Of a DNA stretch of 64,000 nt, positions 1-14,032 are shown piece by piece. Made by a program: the position numbers and the translations under genes. The stretch spans positions 39,804,001-39,868,000 of the forward strand of contig OX597834.1 of the NCBI GenBank assembly GCA_951406725.2. Direction: 5' to 3'. Source of the stretch: Octopus vulgaris (Eukaryota). The first letter of the stretch is position 1, and each line of letters starts with the position of its first letter. The notes below the pieces were generated by a model, which made no database searches, had not been told where the DNA came from, and saw only the letters and a list, made by a program, of their open reading frames with translations.

Positions 1-224
1 TGAGAGGTTCCTGACATTAAGGGTATTGCAAAAGTACCTGGTTGGAGGCCCTATCTTTCGTGTCCTTTTACAGGGCTTAGAAAAGCTGGAGAAGTACTAC
101 AATAAGAATGTGAATCCGAGAGGAAAATATGTCTAATAAAATCATAATTAAGTGATCCTCATGTATTTTCTTTTACTCAAAGCCAGGAACTTTCCAGCCC
201 CCACCCCACCTTGTAGAATTGGTG

Positions 225-530
225 TTTCCCAGCTGAATAATGTCACTTAGCGTAAGCCATTCTGAACTAAATGTTACATAGCTCTTTGGAGTTTCTGAGC
301 TAAATGTCACACAGCGTTGTAGCTTTCCAGCTAAATGTCAGTGTTGGAGTTTCCTAACTGAAATGTCACACTGTTGTAGACTTCCTGAACTAAATGTCAG
401 ATAGTGTTGCAGTTTCTAGCTCAATGTCACAATATTGGAGTTTCCCCAGCTAAATGTCCCACAGCAGTGAAGGCTTAGAGCAAAATGTCACATGTTAGTT
501 TCCGAGCTAAATGTCACAGAGCGTTCAGAG
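225..530. repeat. Degenerate ~40-bp minisatellite (core gctaaatgtcac)
   Basis: About 8 tandem copies of gagtttcc..ctaaatgtcaca... Confidence 0.85.
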
Positions 531-714
531 TCATTTATTTTTATGTTTTGATTTTAATTTTCTCCAGGGACAGACTTTGTTGTGGATATTTAGGATGATA
601 AAATAGGGATTAGTAATTTCTGATGTGAACTGAAGAGGGAAATCCAGGTAACAAGTAATAATAATGACGAGCTCGCCTGTTGAAGATGATGTATATGTGT
701 TCAGCTTTTTGGAC

Positions 715-1236
715 ACTAAACTCTGCTTTGCGAAGACCTGTGGAGGCAAGTGAAATCAAAATCGAAATCAAATTCGATGACTGGCATCCGTGCTAGTGGA
801 GCGCTAAGAGTACCATACGAGTGAGATCATTGCCAGAGCGACAAGCTGGCCTTCGTGCCGGTGGCACATAGAAAACACCATTCGAGCATGATTGTTACCT
901 GCGTCACCTTACTGGCACTTGGGATGGTGACACGTGAAAAAAAATTTGAGCGAGGTCGTTGCCAGTGCTGCTGGACTGGCTCCTGTGCAGGTGGCACATA
1001 AAAAACACCATTTCGAGTGTGGCCATTGCCAGTACTGCCTAACTGGCCCTCATACCGGTGGCACGTAAAAGCACCCACTACACTCTTGGAATGGTTGGCG
1101 CTAGGAAGGGCATCCAGCTGTAGAAACTCTGCCAGATCAGAGTGGAGCCTGGTGCAGCCATCTGGTTTGCCAGACCTCAGTCAAATCATCCAACCCATGC
1201 CAGCATAAAAAGCGGACATTAAACGATGATGATGAT
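715..1236 (+). mobile_element. Retroposon/SINE family C with internal gtggcac..aaaagcacc subrepeats and (GAT)n tail
   Basis: Ends ...ggaagggcatccagctgtagaaactctgcc...catgccagcat..ggacattaaacgatgatgat. Homologous copies at ~41135-41537(+), 47518-47935(-), 49428-49705(-), 44895-45403(+), 42880-43080, 60220-60400, 12143-12270, 12440-12575, 27595-27740. Confidence 0.85.
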
Positions 1237-1474
1237 CTATGCAAATGATTTGGTTGTAATGACCAAATGTATTTGCTGTACATCAGCTCACTCTGTCCAT
1301 CAAATCCATGTTGCCCAAACAGGTGCATGGTCTTCCATGTGTCAGGTGATCAGAGAGCAACATGAGATGAAATGTCTTGCTCAAGAACACAATGCACCAT
1401 CCAGTCTGGGAATTGAAACTATGGTCTTGCGATTGTGAATGCAACGTTCTAACCACTAGACCGTATGCTCTCAA

Positions 1475-1890
1475 TACTCTTTTACTTGTTTCAGTCATTT
1501 GACTGTGGCCATCTGGAGCACCGCCTTTAGTCGAGCAAATCAACCCGAGGACTTATTCTTTGTAAGCCTAGTACTTATTCTATTGGTCTCTTTTGCCGAA
1601 CCGCTAAGTTACGGGGATGTAAACACACCACCATCGGGTGTCAAGCGATGTTGTGGGGGGGGGGGACAAACACAGAAACACAAACATATATACACACATA
1701 CATATATATATACATATACATATATACGACAGGCTTCTTTCAGTTTCTGTTTACCAAATCCACTCACAAGGCTTTGGTCGGCCCAAGGCTAAAGTAGCAG
1801 ACACTTGCCCAAGGTGCCATGCAGTGGGACTGAACCTGAAACCATGTGGTTGGTAAGCAAGCTACTTACTACACAGCCATTCCTGCGCCT
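1475..1890 (-). mobile_element. tRNA-derived SINE family A (CORE-like; resembles octopus OR/OK-type SINEs), full length
   Basis: Pol III A/B-box-like head (ggctgtgtagtaag...ggttcagtccc), ccttgggcaagtgtc CORE-like segment, internal (TA/TG)n, TAAAAGAG tail. Confidence 0.9.
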
Positions 1891-2800
1891 ATAATGATAA
1901 TAATGATAACGATAATAATCCTTTCTACTATAGGCACAAGGGGTGAAATTTTGAGGGAGGGTGGTTAGTCAATTACATCGACCCCAGTGCATAACTGGTA
2001 CTTATTTTATAGACGCCTAAAAGGATGAAAGGCAAAGTCAACCTCAGTGGAATTTGAACTCAGAACATAGCAATTGGCAAAAATATGACGGGTGAAATAC
2101 CACTAGACATTTCATCCAGTGTGCTAACGATTCTGCCAGAAACAGTTTTTATAAATACAGTACCTGGATTTGAACTTAGAATCCCTGGCTTCTTTTAGCT
2201 TGTGATCTAAGCCAATAAAATAAGTACCAGTGATACATGAGGGTTAATACAGTAGATAACTACCACTAACACCAATACTGCCATCATGACTACCACTACT
2301 ACTTCTACCATCATCGCTACCACCATAACTACGACTACTACTACTACTACTACTACTACTATTACGTCCTACTAAATTACCATCATCTGACCTAGTGTTA
2401 CGGAAATACCAGTGATATGCTAGGATCTAAATGGTAAGATTCACACCCTCAAATTACTAAAACTTGATCTTGTGATGCCAAAGTACCAGTGATATGCTGA
2501 GGTCTCTACAGTAAGGTTCTCCACACCAAACTACCAACTCATTAACCATTAATTAGGGTATCAGGAAACTAAAGAGACAGGCAATTTGACTTTTTATCCT
2601 GACTACTTTAACCTAATCTGTATCAAATGAGGAGTTAACGAGGTGAAAACAATAACAGTAATTACCCAGTAATTAAGGTTAAAGTTATGTTGAATGTTGT
2701 AGAGTGTCTGATAACATAGTATACACCCATGTCAGTTGGAAACAGCAAGAAACTTGAATATCTTTCCGTTTTTATATAGCCATGAATCGTATTCCTTTAT

Positions 2801-3211
2801 ATACTTTACTTTACTTTTACTTGTTTCAGTCATTTGACTGCGGCCATGCTGGAGCACCGCCTTTAATTGAGCATCTCGACCCCGGGACTTATTCTTTTGT
2901 AAGCCCAGTACTTATTCTACCAATCTCTTTTGCCGAACTGCTAAGTAACGGGGACATAAACACACCAAAATCGGTTGTCAAGCAATGCTAGGAGGACAAA
3001 CACAGACAGACAAACACACACACACATATATATATATATATACATATACGACGGACTTCTTTCAGTTTCCGTCTACCAAATCCACTCACAAGGCTTTGGT
3101 CGGCCCGAGGCTATAGTGGAAGACACTTGCCTAAGGTGCCACGCAGTGGGACTGAACCCGGAACCATGTGGTTGGTAAACAAGCTACTAACCACACAGCC
3201 ACTCCTGTGCC
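2801..3211 (-). mobile_element. SINE family A, full length
   Basis: Near-identical to 1475-1890. Confidence 0.9.
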
Positions 3212-4678
3212 ATATATTTTTTTTTATTCTTTAAATTGTTTTAGTCATTTGGTAAAGGGTAAAAACCCCTTCGATTATGAATGGCCATGGGATCGAACCT
3301 AGAAAGTTCCTCTCAGAGGCACAAGTGTGGGCAAGGTTGTTTTAGGAAGACCAGCAGTTGTCCATACATACCAGCGTCCCCTCTCGACGCCACTGATGTT
3401 ATCCAAGGGAAAGGCAAAGGGGCCGATACAGCTTGGCACCATTGATGTCACAACTTAATTCTGCAGCTGAATTAACTGGAACAACGTGGAATAAAGTATC
3501 TTGCTGAAGAACACAACACACAGCCCGGTTTGGGAATCGAACTCACAACCTCATGATTGTGAGTCCAACGCCTTAGCCACTGAGCCATGTGCCTTCACTT
3601 TAGTGCTTAGACTGTTGCCATATAAGTGTTGAAGTTTGCTTGAAGCATTGTAATACAGAAGTCGTATTACAGAGTAAAGAGTATAGGAGCAAAATCTCAA
3701 ATATAAATAAAGTGGAAGGATACAAAAATAAACATTATTTTCCATCTTATTGTTAGTTCTGTTTCATTTTGAAAAATAGGTCGACTTTGCCTTTCATCCT
3801 TTCGGGATCGATAAATTAAGTACCAGTTACGCACTGGGGTCGATGTAATCAATTTAATCCTTTCGTCTGTCTTTGTTTGTCCCCTCTGTGTTTAGCCCCT
3901 TGTGGGTGGTAAAGAAATATATTTTCTGGTTTATTATTGTTTATATTTTGAAATACTTATATATGGGGGCACCAAAATCTTTTTTAAGTGCTTAGGGCCT
4001 CTATGGGTCTTAATCTGGTCCTGTCACTCAAGTATATTCATGGGTTCCAGGGGTTAAACTATGGATGGGTACAAGATGTAATTAGGGACCAGAGAAGGTA
4101 GAATTTTGTACCTAGCAGGTGTACAGGTGTAATTAGCAGTAAGAGATGCAAGTGAAACATGTTCTCTCTCAGAATGAAGGATTAATTTCATAATGGATGT
4201 ATTTGAAATGTGATGCTGAATGGTAACAAGATGTGTACAGAGCTGCCAATGAGTAAGTACCATAAAATTAGCTTTGTTTTGGTACACGGCAGGAGCATAA
4301 TAGAATTACTGACTGTTTTTGTTAGTTTATAGTGTTGAGTTTTATGCTGATATAAAGACCATGCAGGAGATATATGAGAGGGGGAGGTAGGGGAGAGAGG
4401 GAGAGAGTGCGTGTGTGTGATGGATAGAGAGACAGATACATAGATGAATGGATGGATAGACAGACAGACGGATGGATGAATAAATAGACAGATTTACAGA
4501 TAAACATACATACAAACAGATGGACGGACAGACAGAGAAGTGGATGGATGAATAGAGAGAGAGATGGAAAAATGAAGAGACAGACAGACAGATGGACAGA
4601 TAAATAGATAGATGAATGGACGAAGAGATATAGATCGATGATGGATGAATGTGTGTATGCGTGTGTGTGTGTGCATAT

Positions 4679-4711
<33 letters not shown>

Positions 4712-4935
4712 GTGTCATTTCATCATGTTGAACTATTAATTCCTACACATTTTTATTCTGCATTCTGCTTCATGTGTTCTCCATTTTTTTCCCTCTCACT
4801 CCCTTTCTGTGGAAGAGCATAGACTCAAAACATCGAAGACTTTTCCATTCTTCCTGAATGTCAAACTAATACACCAGCTTCTTGTTCCCTTACCTGTCTG
4901 TTTTTAGTTATCAGTAAATTTGAACACTCTAAATT

Positions 4936-4986
<51 letters not shown>

Positions 4987-5297
4987 GAGCACTTTGTCGG
5001 TTACGACGACGAGGGTCCCAGCTGATACGATTAACGGAACAGCTTGCTCGTGAAATTAACATGTAAGTGGCTGAGCACTCCACAGACACGTGTACCCTTA
5101 ACATAGTTCTCAGGGAGATTCAGCATGACACAGAGTGACAAGGCTGGCCCTTTGAAATACAGGTCCTACTCATTTTTGCCAGCTGAGTGGACTGGAACAA
5201 CGTGAAATAAAGTGTCTTGCTCAAGGACACAATGTGTCACCAAGGATTGAACCTACGACTTTACGAACATGAACCACAAAGCCACACACCTTGACTG

Positions 5298-5329
<32 letters not shown>

Positions 5330-5737
5330 CGTTTAAATATTTGTTGTGCAAGATTTATATATATATATATATATATATAAATGTATATGTATGTATATAT
5401 GTGTTTGCGTATGTATGTATGTATGAGAGAGAGATCTATTCCACTGCAGTGTACATTAAACCCATTAAATAATTTCATTTATAGAATCAACAGAAGTCTT
5501 ACTGCTGCTGCTGTTGTTTAACCCCAGGTCAGCCTCGATCAAGCAGACTTATGACAAAAGGTAATCTGACCATGTTCATCCCATGTTTTTCAAACATATA
5601 TGTATTGACAAGATGAAAGGTTAACAGATGAAACAACAGCATAAATGCGAGCAGTCTAAGATGCCAGATCGAAATACTCAGAACTTGATGAGGCTGTGTA
5701 TTATTATTATCATCATTATTATTATTATTATCATTAT

Positions 5738-6420
5738 TGAGTGAGAGAGCAGTTCATGCCATCAAAGTGACACTGGGGTAAAATATACGAAGCCCAATAT
5801 ACCCATCATGATTACCCGTCTGATAAGGGTACACCAGGCACATGCACCACAACCATATGTGCGCGACATGGTGATCTCATATCAAGATAATCAGCGCATG
5901 ACCTTGCAGGTGGGGCCCAGTTAGAATTTTTTTCAGGTTGAGTAGCCTATCTCGCTCAAAAGGTCCCTGAATAAGGGTTGTTTAAGGATATTGAAAGAAC
6001 CACCCATGTTTCCAGAGGTGAATTATTCAAACCCCAAAGAAGCCCTCTCAACACATGGCTATGATGCTCCCCCACTACTTCTGCTCGTGATCAGAGATGA
6101 ACATATCGTCAGCCACTTAGGGACATGCTCAACCGGTTAAGGTCAAACAACTGACAAGCAAATCTGTGGTATTGAGCAGAATATTTGCTGTAGCCCATCT
6201 TTTATACCAAGACAAAACAATGTAGATGATAACATTTCCAATAAGTTAAGATCAGAAGCCATGAGAGCCACTGCCTGGTACTGCATCAGGGCATCCTGGT
6301 ACTGCATCAGGGCATCCTGGTACTGCCTCAGGGCATCCTGGTACTGCCTCAGGGCATCCTGGTACTGCCTCAGGGCATCTGGTACTGCATCAGGGCATCC
6401 TGGTACTGCATTAGGGCATT
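5738..6420 (+). mobile_element. Unclassified interspersed repeat E ending in a 21-bp tandem array (cctggtactgcatcagggcat, ~7 copies, 6275-6420); flanked by (ATT)n
   Basis: Reverse-complement copy at 54236-54734 and fragment at 11598-11700. Confidence 0.8.
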
Positions 6421-7280
6421 TATTATTATTATTATTATTATCATCATCATCATTTGAACTTGGAATGTGAAGATTGACGAAATCCTTAGCGGCAAACATA
6501 GAGGGGACAAACAAGGACAGACAAAGGGATCGAGTCGATTACATCGACCCCAGTGCGTAACTGGTACTTAATTTATCGACCCCCGAAAGGATGAAAGGCA
6601 TAGTCGACCTCGGTGGAATTTGAACTCAGAACATAACGGCAGACTAAATGCCGCTAAGCATTTCGCCCGGCGTGCTAACGTTTCTGCCAGCTCGCCGTGG
6701 TGGTAAGCTTCTTACCACACAGCCATGCCTACACAGAGTTCAAACCCCACTCAGCCCAACTTTGTGCCTCAGTGTCAACAACAAATAACCGCTTAGTATT
6801 CAATCCTTGTGCTAATAGACAACAACGGTACTAAAAGCGCAGTCAGTCTTCCTTCACTATAAATGTCCCTCCATAATATATTCTTCCCCATCCCCACCTT
6901 ACTAATGTGAAAACTACTTTTGTTGTCATTACTATTATTATTATTATTATTATTATTATTATGGCAAATAACAGGTTGGGTCAGATGTAATTTTAATTAA
7001 CTGGTTTCTCCCGCCAAATTTCTGGCTTTGTGCCTATGTTATCATTATTATCGTTATTCCTTTTTGCATTTTGTTTTTACTGTCTTAAAAGGTGTTAGTC
7101 GAAGAAATCGACCCCAGGACTTAATCCTTGTAAGTCTAGTACTTATTCTATCAGTCATTTTTGCCAAACCGCTAAGTTACGGGGACATAAATACACCAGC
7201 ATCAGTTATCAAGTGATGGAGGTGGGGACAAACACAAACACACATCCCACAAATATATACATACATACATACATACACAC

Positions 7281-7323
<43 letters not shown>

Positions 7324-7514
7324 TTTGCAATGGTAGATTGCTAGCCACTAAACCTTTTTCTATTTTCTCTCCCTGTTTATTTCTGTGTTCCTTCCTGTCG
7401 AAGAGCGTAGGCTCGAAATGTAAAAGACTTTCTCACTTCCCAATCGTTAAACTAATATATCTGTTTGTTGTTTACACACCTGTCTTCGTCTTTTGGGTTT
7501 TTGTAGATTCTCAC

Positions 7515-7546
<32 letters not shown>

Positions 7547-9129
7547 ATGGCTTCTTTCTGTTTCCATCTACCAAATCCACTCACAAGACTTTGGTTGGCT
7601 TTAGGCTATAGCAGAAGAGAGTGATCGTTGCCAGAGCAGGTAACTGGCTTCTGTGCCAGTGGCACATAAAATGCACTATTCGAGTGTGATTGTAACCAGC
7701 GTCTCCTTCCTGGCACTTGTGCCAGTGGCACGTGAAAAAACATTTGAGCGAGGTCAACCTAGCCTTTCATAAATTAAGTACCAGTTGCGTACTGGGACTG
7801 ATGTAATCGACTAGTCCCCTCCCCACAAATCTGTGGCCTTGTGCCTCCAGTAGAAAGGACTGTTATTATTTATTATTAGTAGCAGCAGCAGCAAAAATAA
7901 TTAACAATATTTGGTAATCAATTAATTGGTCAATAATGATAGATATTCAAATTGAGTATGATGTATCTGTTTTATCCTGTCTCTCTCCCTCTCACTCGAT
8001 AGTTATATGAGTGAATATATTATTTTTAAACCAGATTATTATTGATAGTGACTGCGAAGTTCCGGCCATTTAAGTCATTGTCAAACTGCAGTCCAACAAC
8101 AACGGTGGCTTAATTGGCCTAAATTTCAAAAGTTGCTGTCCGTCCGTAATATTTTTGTTGAAGAATAATAAATTTGTACTTTACTGAAGTACAGAGGAAC
8201 CGTTCAGATTAATGTAAAATTACCCTTTTTTTTTAATTATTATTATTATAACTGGAAATAAAAACAAACACTGACACACAGAGAGACACACACACATATA
8301 TATATATTTACATAAATATATACAAATATATACAAACACAAACAGACGTATGTACATGTATATATAAATATATACACACACATACAGATGTGTGCTTATA
8401 TATATATGTATCATCATCGTTTAACGTCCGCTTTCCATGCTAGCATGGGTTTATATACAAATATACACATTCACAAACAGATGTGATGTATGTGTATGTA
8501 TATATATATATATATATATAAATATATACACACATACGAATGTGTGTGTATGTGTGTGTATGCATATATATATATATATATATATGCACACATACAGGTG
8601 TTTATATATATACTTATTTATAAATATATAAAATTTGTATATATATATGTATAAATATATACAAAATATACACACTTACAAACAGATGCGATGTATGTGT
8701 ATATATATATATATATATTTATATATGTATTAATATATACAAATATACACATTCACAAACAGAAGTGATGTACATGTTTGTACATATAGATATATACACA
8801 CACATACAAATGTGAATATATGTATGTATATATAAATATATATGCACATATACAGATGTGTGTGTCTGTGTATATATATCTGTATATATATATAAACATT
8901 ATGACAGGTGTGTATATTCAATCGAACACGTTTCAAGGAAGTTAGTGTTATATTTCTTCACAACAACAACACCATCACCCCTACTACAGCACATGGCAAC
9001 TAGTACAACCACTACGCTACAACCATACTACCACCACCACCACTACTACTACTACTAAAACAAAGAACCAAGCTGAAGTGTTTGTCATTCTTTCTCATAT
9101 AAAAGATAAAGCAAAAAGAATGCTCTCAC

Positions 9130-9329
9130 CTGGGATTAGGCCCTTTGCTACCTGTGGTCCCAAAAGGCCTGCGTCGCTTCCTCGGCAGGCTGCCACCCCA
9201 TGTATCGTACCAAGGTTTGTCCACGGGTTGTGTCAACGTATTGACCTCCTCGGCCACGTTCGGACACATCAACATTGGAGTGCTGTTGGACAGCTGCAAA
9301 CATGCTGCTAACATTGTTGATCTAACTAC
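9130..9329 (-). CDS. Candidate coding exon (200 nt) of an unidentified large minus-strand gene: (VVRST)MLAACLQLSNSTPMLMCPNVAEEVNTLTQPVDKPWYDTWGGSLPRKRRRPFGTTGSKGPNP-(R/S), ending in phase 2
   Basis: Unique, GC-richer island flanked by microsatellites. Acceptor tctttcccag (AG at 9331-9330) and donor CAG|GTGAGA (GT at 9129-9128). Open frame throughout with protein-like composition and a basic RKRRR cluster. No family recognised. Confidence 0.75.
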
Positions 9330-9639
9330 CTGGGAAAGACTGCCAGGTAAACAGGTAGGCAGGCAGGCAGGTAGGTCGGTAGGTAGGTAGATATGTATGA
9401 GGTTAGCTGTGTTCCTGGGTGGGTCATTCACTGACTGATTGACAATGAGGTCTCTCTCTCTCTCTCTTTTTTCTCTAGTCATGTCACTGGTGGTGGTGGT
9501 GGTGGTGGTGGCAGCAATGGCAGTGGTAGTAGTAGTAGAAGTAGTAGTAGTAGTAGTATTGTTTTCTTAGTCAATAGAAACTTGTTGCTCTCTCTCTCTT
9601 CTGACTAAATAACCATTAGCACTGATGGCTTGACATGTG

Positions 9640-9661
9640 TGTATGCGCATATGTGTGTGTG

Positions 9662-9715
<54 letters not shown>

Positions 9716-10201
9716 ACCATACACCACACACACACACATGTAATTCAGTCAACGCACCCACATTCAAGCTAAAACACTGTTGCATATTTTATATATATAT
9801 ATATATATACACACACGCACACATACACACATATACATACTTACTCACATATGCTTACTCACACACACACACATTAATGTAGTTCCTCTTTCTCTTGCAC
9901 ACACACACACATATGCAATTATTTAATAATACACTGTTGCATAATGTCTCAAACACATACACACATATATATATATCTATACATACATATGTACATACAC
10001 ACACATGCATATATATATACATACACACATTTATACATACACAAGCACACATACACATATGCATATATCTATACATACATATGTATATACACATACACAT
10101 GCATATATATATATATATATATACACACACATTTATACATACACAAACACACATACACATATGCATATATCTATACATACATATGTATATACACATACAC
10201 A

Positions 10202-10240
<39 letters not shown>

Positions 10241-10672
10241 TTATACATACACAAACACACATACACATATGTGCACATGTATGCATATGTACACACATGC
10301 ATATACATACGCACATGCAAACACACATGAGCACATATATGCATATACATATATACATACATGCAAACACACATACACATATGTGCACATATGCATACAT
10401 ACACACACACACATATATACTTAACATACATACATAAATTAACAGACAGACATACACATATGTGCACGTATATATGCATACGTACACACACCCACATACT
10501 TATGTACGTACACACACACATACATATATACATACATACATACATATATATACACACACACACACGTACAGTGTCACGTGTATGAACAATATATTACACA
10601 ATCCTAACTTCCCTCTCTTTCTCTCTCTCAGTTCTCTGCATTTATCAAGGAAAGGAAAACTATACAGAGAAA

Positions 10673-10703
<31 letters not shown>

Positions 10704-10765
10704 TGATAGAAAGATAGAAAGAAAGAGAGAGAGAGTGTGAGAGAAAGAGAGAGAGAGAGAGAGAA
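9640..10765. repeat. Complex (CA/TA/GA) microsatellite field with internal ~90-bp duplications; similar fields at 8290-8900, 12715-13030, 18320-18660, 24230-24790, 29530-30110, 31580-32690, 37540-37780, 38320-39800, 50180-50730, 61780-62110
   Basis: Direct inspection. Confidence 0.95.
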
Positions 10766-13694
10766 ATCAATGACTGGATGAACAACACTTAGATAAACAC
10801 AAATGTCCTCTCAAGAAACGTAAGCAACAGATGGCTGGTCACATACTCTCTCTCTCTCTCTCTCTGCACTTACAACAACATAGCATTCTCCCCCCCTCTA
10901 TCTCTCTCTCTCTCACTTTCTTTACTTCTTCATCGGAGAAACACTTTCTTATTGAGACACACCTCTACCCACTACTCAATATTCCACATCCCCCCCACTA
11001 CTCTCTCTCTGTCTCTCTCTGTCTCTCTCTCTTTCATTAAGCTGCATTACTAAGTTGTAGTTGGTTATATTAAGAGAACTTGACTCTCCTTCTATTGTCA
11101 TCACTAGAGTATGATAGCAGTAAGGTGGTGGTGATGAAGGTGGTGGTGGTGGTGATGGTGGTGGTGGTGGTGACGGTGTGGTGGCTGTAGTGTTGGTGTG
11201 TTTAGCCCAAGGTCAGTCCTTTTAGTGGAGCAGGCCTTGTAATCAAAGGCCAAGCTATCAAACACTGTTTTAGCAGACCTTGCAATCAAAGGGCCACCCC
11301 AGTCATGACCACCCACTCTGTCATTTTTGTTTTTTTTTTCCTATGTACTCAGGCAGGTGTGGCTGTGTGGTTAAGGAGCTTGCTTTGCAACCAGCTGGTT
11401 TCAGGTTCAAGTCCTACTATATGACACTTTCGGCAAGTGTCTTTTTCCGTAGACCACTGAGCCAATCAATGCCTTGAGAGTGAATTTGAAAGAGGGAAAC
11501 TGTGTGGAAGGCTTGTGGCTGTGTGGTAAGAGAGCTTGCTTCCCAACCACATGGATCCATGTTCAGTCCCACTGCATGGTACCTTGGGCAAGTGTCTAAC
11601 TGATTGGAAGTGTTATCATGTACATTGTTTTGTCTTGGTATAATAGATGGCCTACAGCAAATATTCTGCTCAATACCACAGATTTGATTGTCAGTTGCTT
11701 GGCCACAGTCAAATGACTGAAACAAGTAAAAGAGTAAAAGAGTACACAAAGTATTTTAACATTTTTTGTACAATATAAAGGGATTTTGTAAGCATCGAAT
11801 GGCCATGAGGGTCCATCTGAGTAAAACAGGAAACAAAGTGGGGTCATGAGTAAAAAATAATTATAAATCAATTTTTTTTTTTATACAGCTTCTAATAATA
11901 TTTAATTATAAGAATATAAAAGGATTTTTTTTTCCAACATTGAATAACTATGAGGGTCCATCCCAGTAAAATAGGGCTTGAAGGGGTCTATAGGAAAAAA
12001 AAATTGCTGAGAAATACTGGTCTAAACAGAACTGTAGAGTCTTTGAGAAGCCACCCCCCTGAGACTGGGAGAGCACCTGGCTGATGATGATAACTAGTTT
12101 TAACAGACACATTTAGAGGTAGTCATCACCATCCTCATCATCATCATTTTAACATCCACTTTACTATGCTTGCATGGGTTGGACAGAATTTGTTGAGGTG
12201 GATTTTTCTATAGCTTGATGCCCTTCTTGCTGCCAACCCTCACCTATTTCCAAGGATGGTAATATTTCCCTGAAGGATGACCTCCAGACACTGAGCCTTG
12301 CAAAAAAGATGACAAAGGACTACTCAAGAAGACCCGTCCCCAACACAACAGAAGTGTTAATGCTGCTTTTCCTGATGGGGAGGATTGGTTTGCAACGGCA
12401 CCAAGTCAGTGCCAGAACTCATGCTGCTGTTATGCAAAGGCACACGTACCACTGCCACATTAAAAGCACCAAGCACACACTGTAGAGTGGTTAGCATTAG
12501 GAAGGGCCTCCAGCTGTTGAAAGCAGGCCAAATCAGACTGAGACCTGGTTAAACTGCCTAACTCATGCTAGCATTAAAGAATGATAATGATAATGATGAT
12601 GATGATGATGATGATGAACCAGACGGGTTCCCATGCAAGACGGGAAATGAATGACAGCACTTGCAAGAGGATGATGACGTTTCTTTTACAACTATCACAC
12701 AAAGTCAAGACAAGAAGACATACACACACACATATACACATACACACACATATACACACGCATACACACACACATATACACATACATACATACATACACA
12801 CATATACACATACACAGACACACACATATACACAGACACACACATATACACAGACACACACATATACACAGACACACACATATACACAGACACACACATA
12901 TACACAGACACACACATATACACACACACACATATACACAGACACACACATATACACAGACACACACATATACACAGACACACACATACACATACACACA
13001 TATACATACACACACACACACACACTTGTATGATGGGCTCGTTTCAATTCCTGTCTACCTACCAAATCCACTCACAAGGCTTTCGAAAGTTGACCTGGGC
13101 TATAGTAGAAGACATTTGCCCAAGGTGCCACACACACACAAACACACACACACACACTGGGGACTGAACCCAGAACCACGCAAACTGGGAAGCAATCTTC
13201 ACACTGCACACACACACACACACACACACACCACGCCTGAGCCCCTCTACACACCCACGCCAGGAAGAACCAATTCATTTGTAGAACACGATAGGTCCCT
13301 ATTTTATTGCCCCCCTCCCCATCTTAGTCAAGTGATGTAGCAGTTAACCTCAGAAGTTGAAAGGATGTTAGCATGTAATAGTATATTTAGTATGTTGTGT
13401 CACAATTTCTGTACCACTCCTTTTGCCCTAAATAAACACAGTAAACAGACGAAAAGCACAATAATGAGGCTGGCCCACATAATCCAACACCACTACTAAT
13501 TAGCACTAGTTATTTATCTGCTTGTAGCATAAGTTTTAATTAGGCAAGTCATAATTAAGTAATTATACATACAATACAATGTATAAAGAGTTGTGTTTAT
13601 CTCACAGCACATGCTTATGTTATGATGACAATCAAAGAACAAAAACACATCAACAAATATATATACACACATAAACACACACACATTATTGCTG

Positions 13695-14032
13695 AGACCC
13701 CTTTCAGTCATGACTGACCATGGGATTGCACCAAGAAAGTTACCCTCCCAGGCACAAGTCCAAGCAAAGGTTGTTTATGGAAGACCAGCAGTCACCCATC
13801 CATAACAGCCTCCCCTCTCCATGCCACCAGTGTTATCCAAGGGAAAGGCAAAGCGGACGATACAACTTGGCACCAGTGATGTCACAACTCATTTCAGCAG
13901 CTGAGTGAACTGGAGCAACATGAAATAAAGTGTCTTGCTCAAGAACACAACACGCAGCCCGGTCCAAGATTTGAACTCACAACCTCATGATCGTAAGCTT
14001 GACGCTCTAACCACTGAGCCATGTGCCTTCAC
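13695..14032 (-). mobile_element. tRNA-derived SINE family D (ggctcagtggttagagcg...gagttcaaatc; ttgagcaagacacttt)
   Basis: A/B-box head on the minus strand. Full copy also at ~3255-3597. Same head with different bodies at ~4985-5290, 1250-1470, 23960-24135, 44440-44720, 49100-49360, 57000-57200, 61530-61765. Confidence 0.85.

Noticed and set aside
6143-6514. ORF with DALRQYQ heptad repeats (coiled-coil-like)
   Set aside because: It is the 21-bp tandem tail of interspersed repeat E flanked by a SINE.
9130-9200. Resemblance of RKRRRP...NP(S/R) to the AHR or L-type Ca channel N-termini
   Set aside because: Only a basic cluster plus two residues; no diagnostic domain in the window, so no gene symbol assigned.
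9855-10740. Numerous YI/HT/CV-repeat ORFs here and throughout the window
   Set aside because: Translations of dinucleotide microsatellites.
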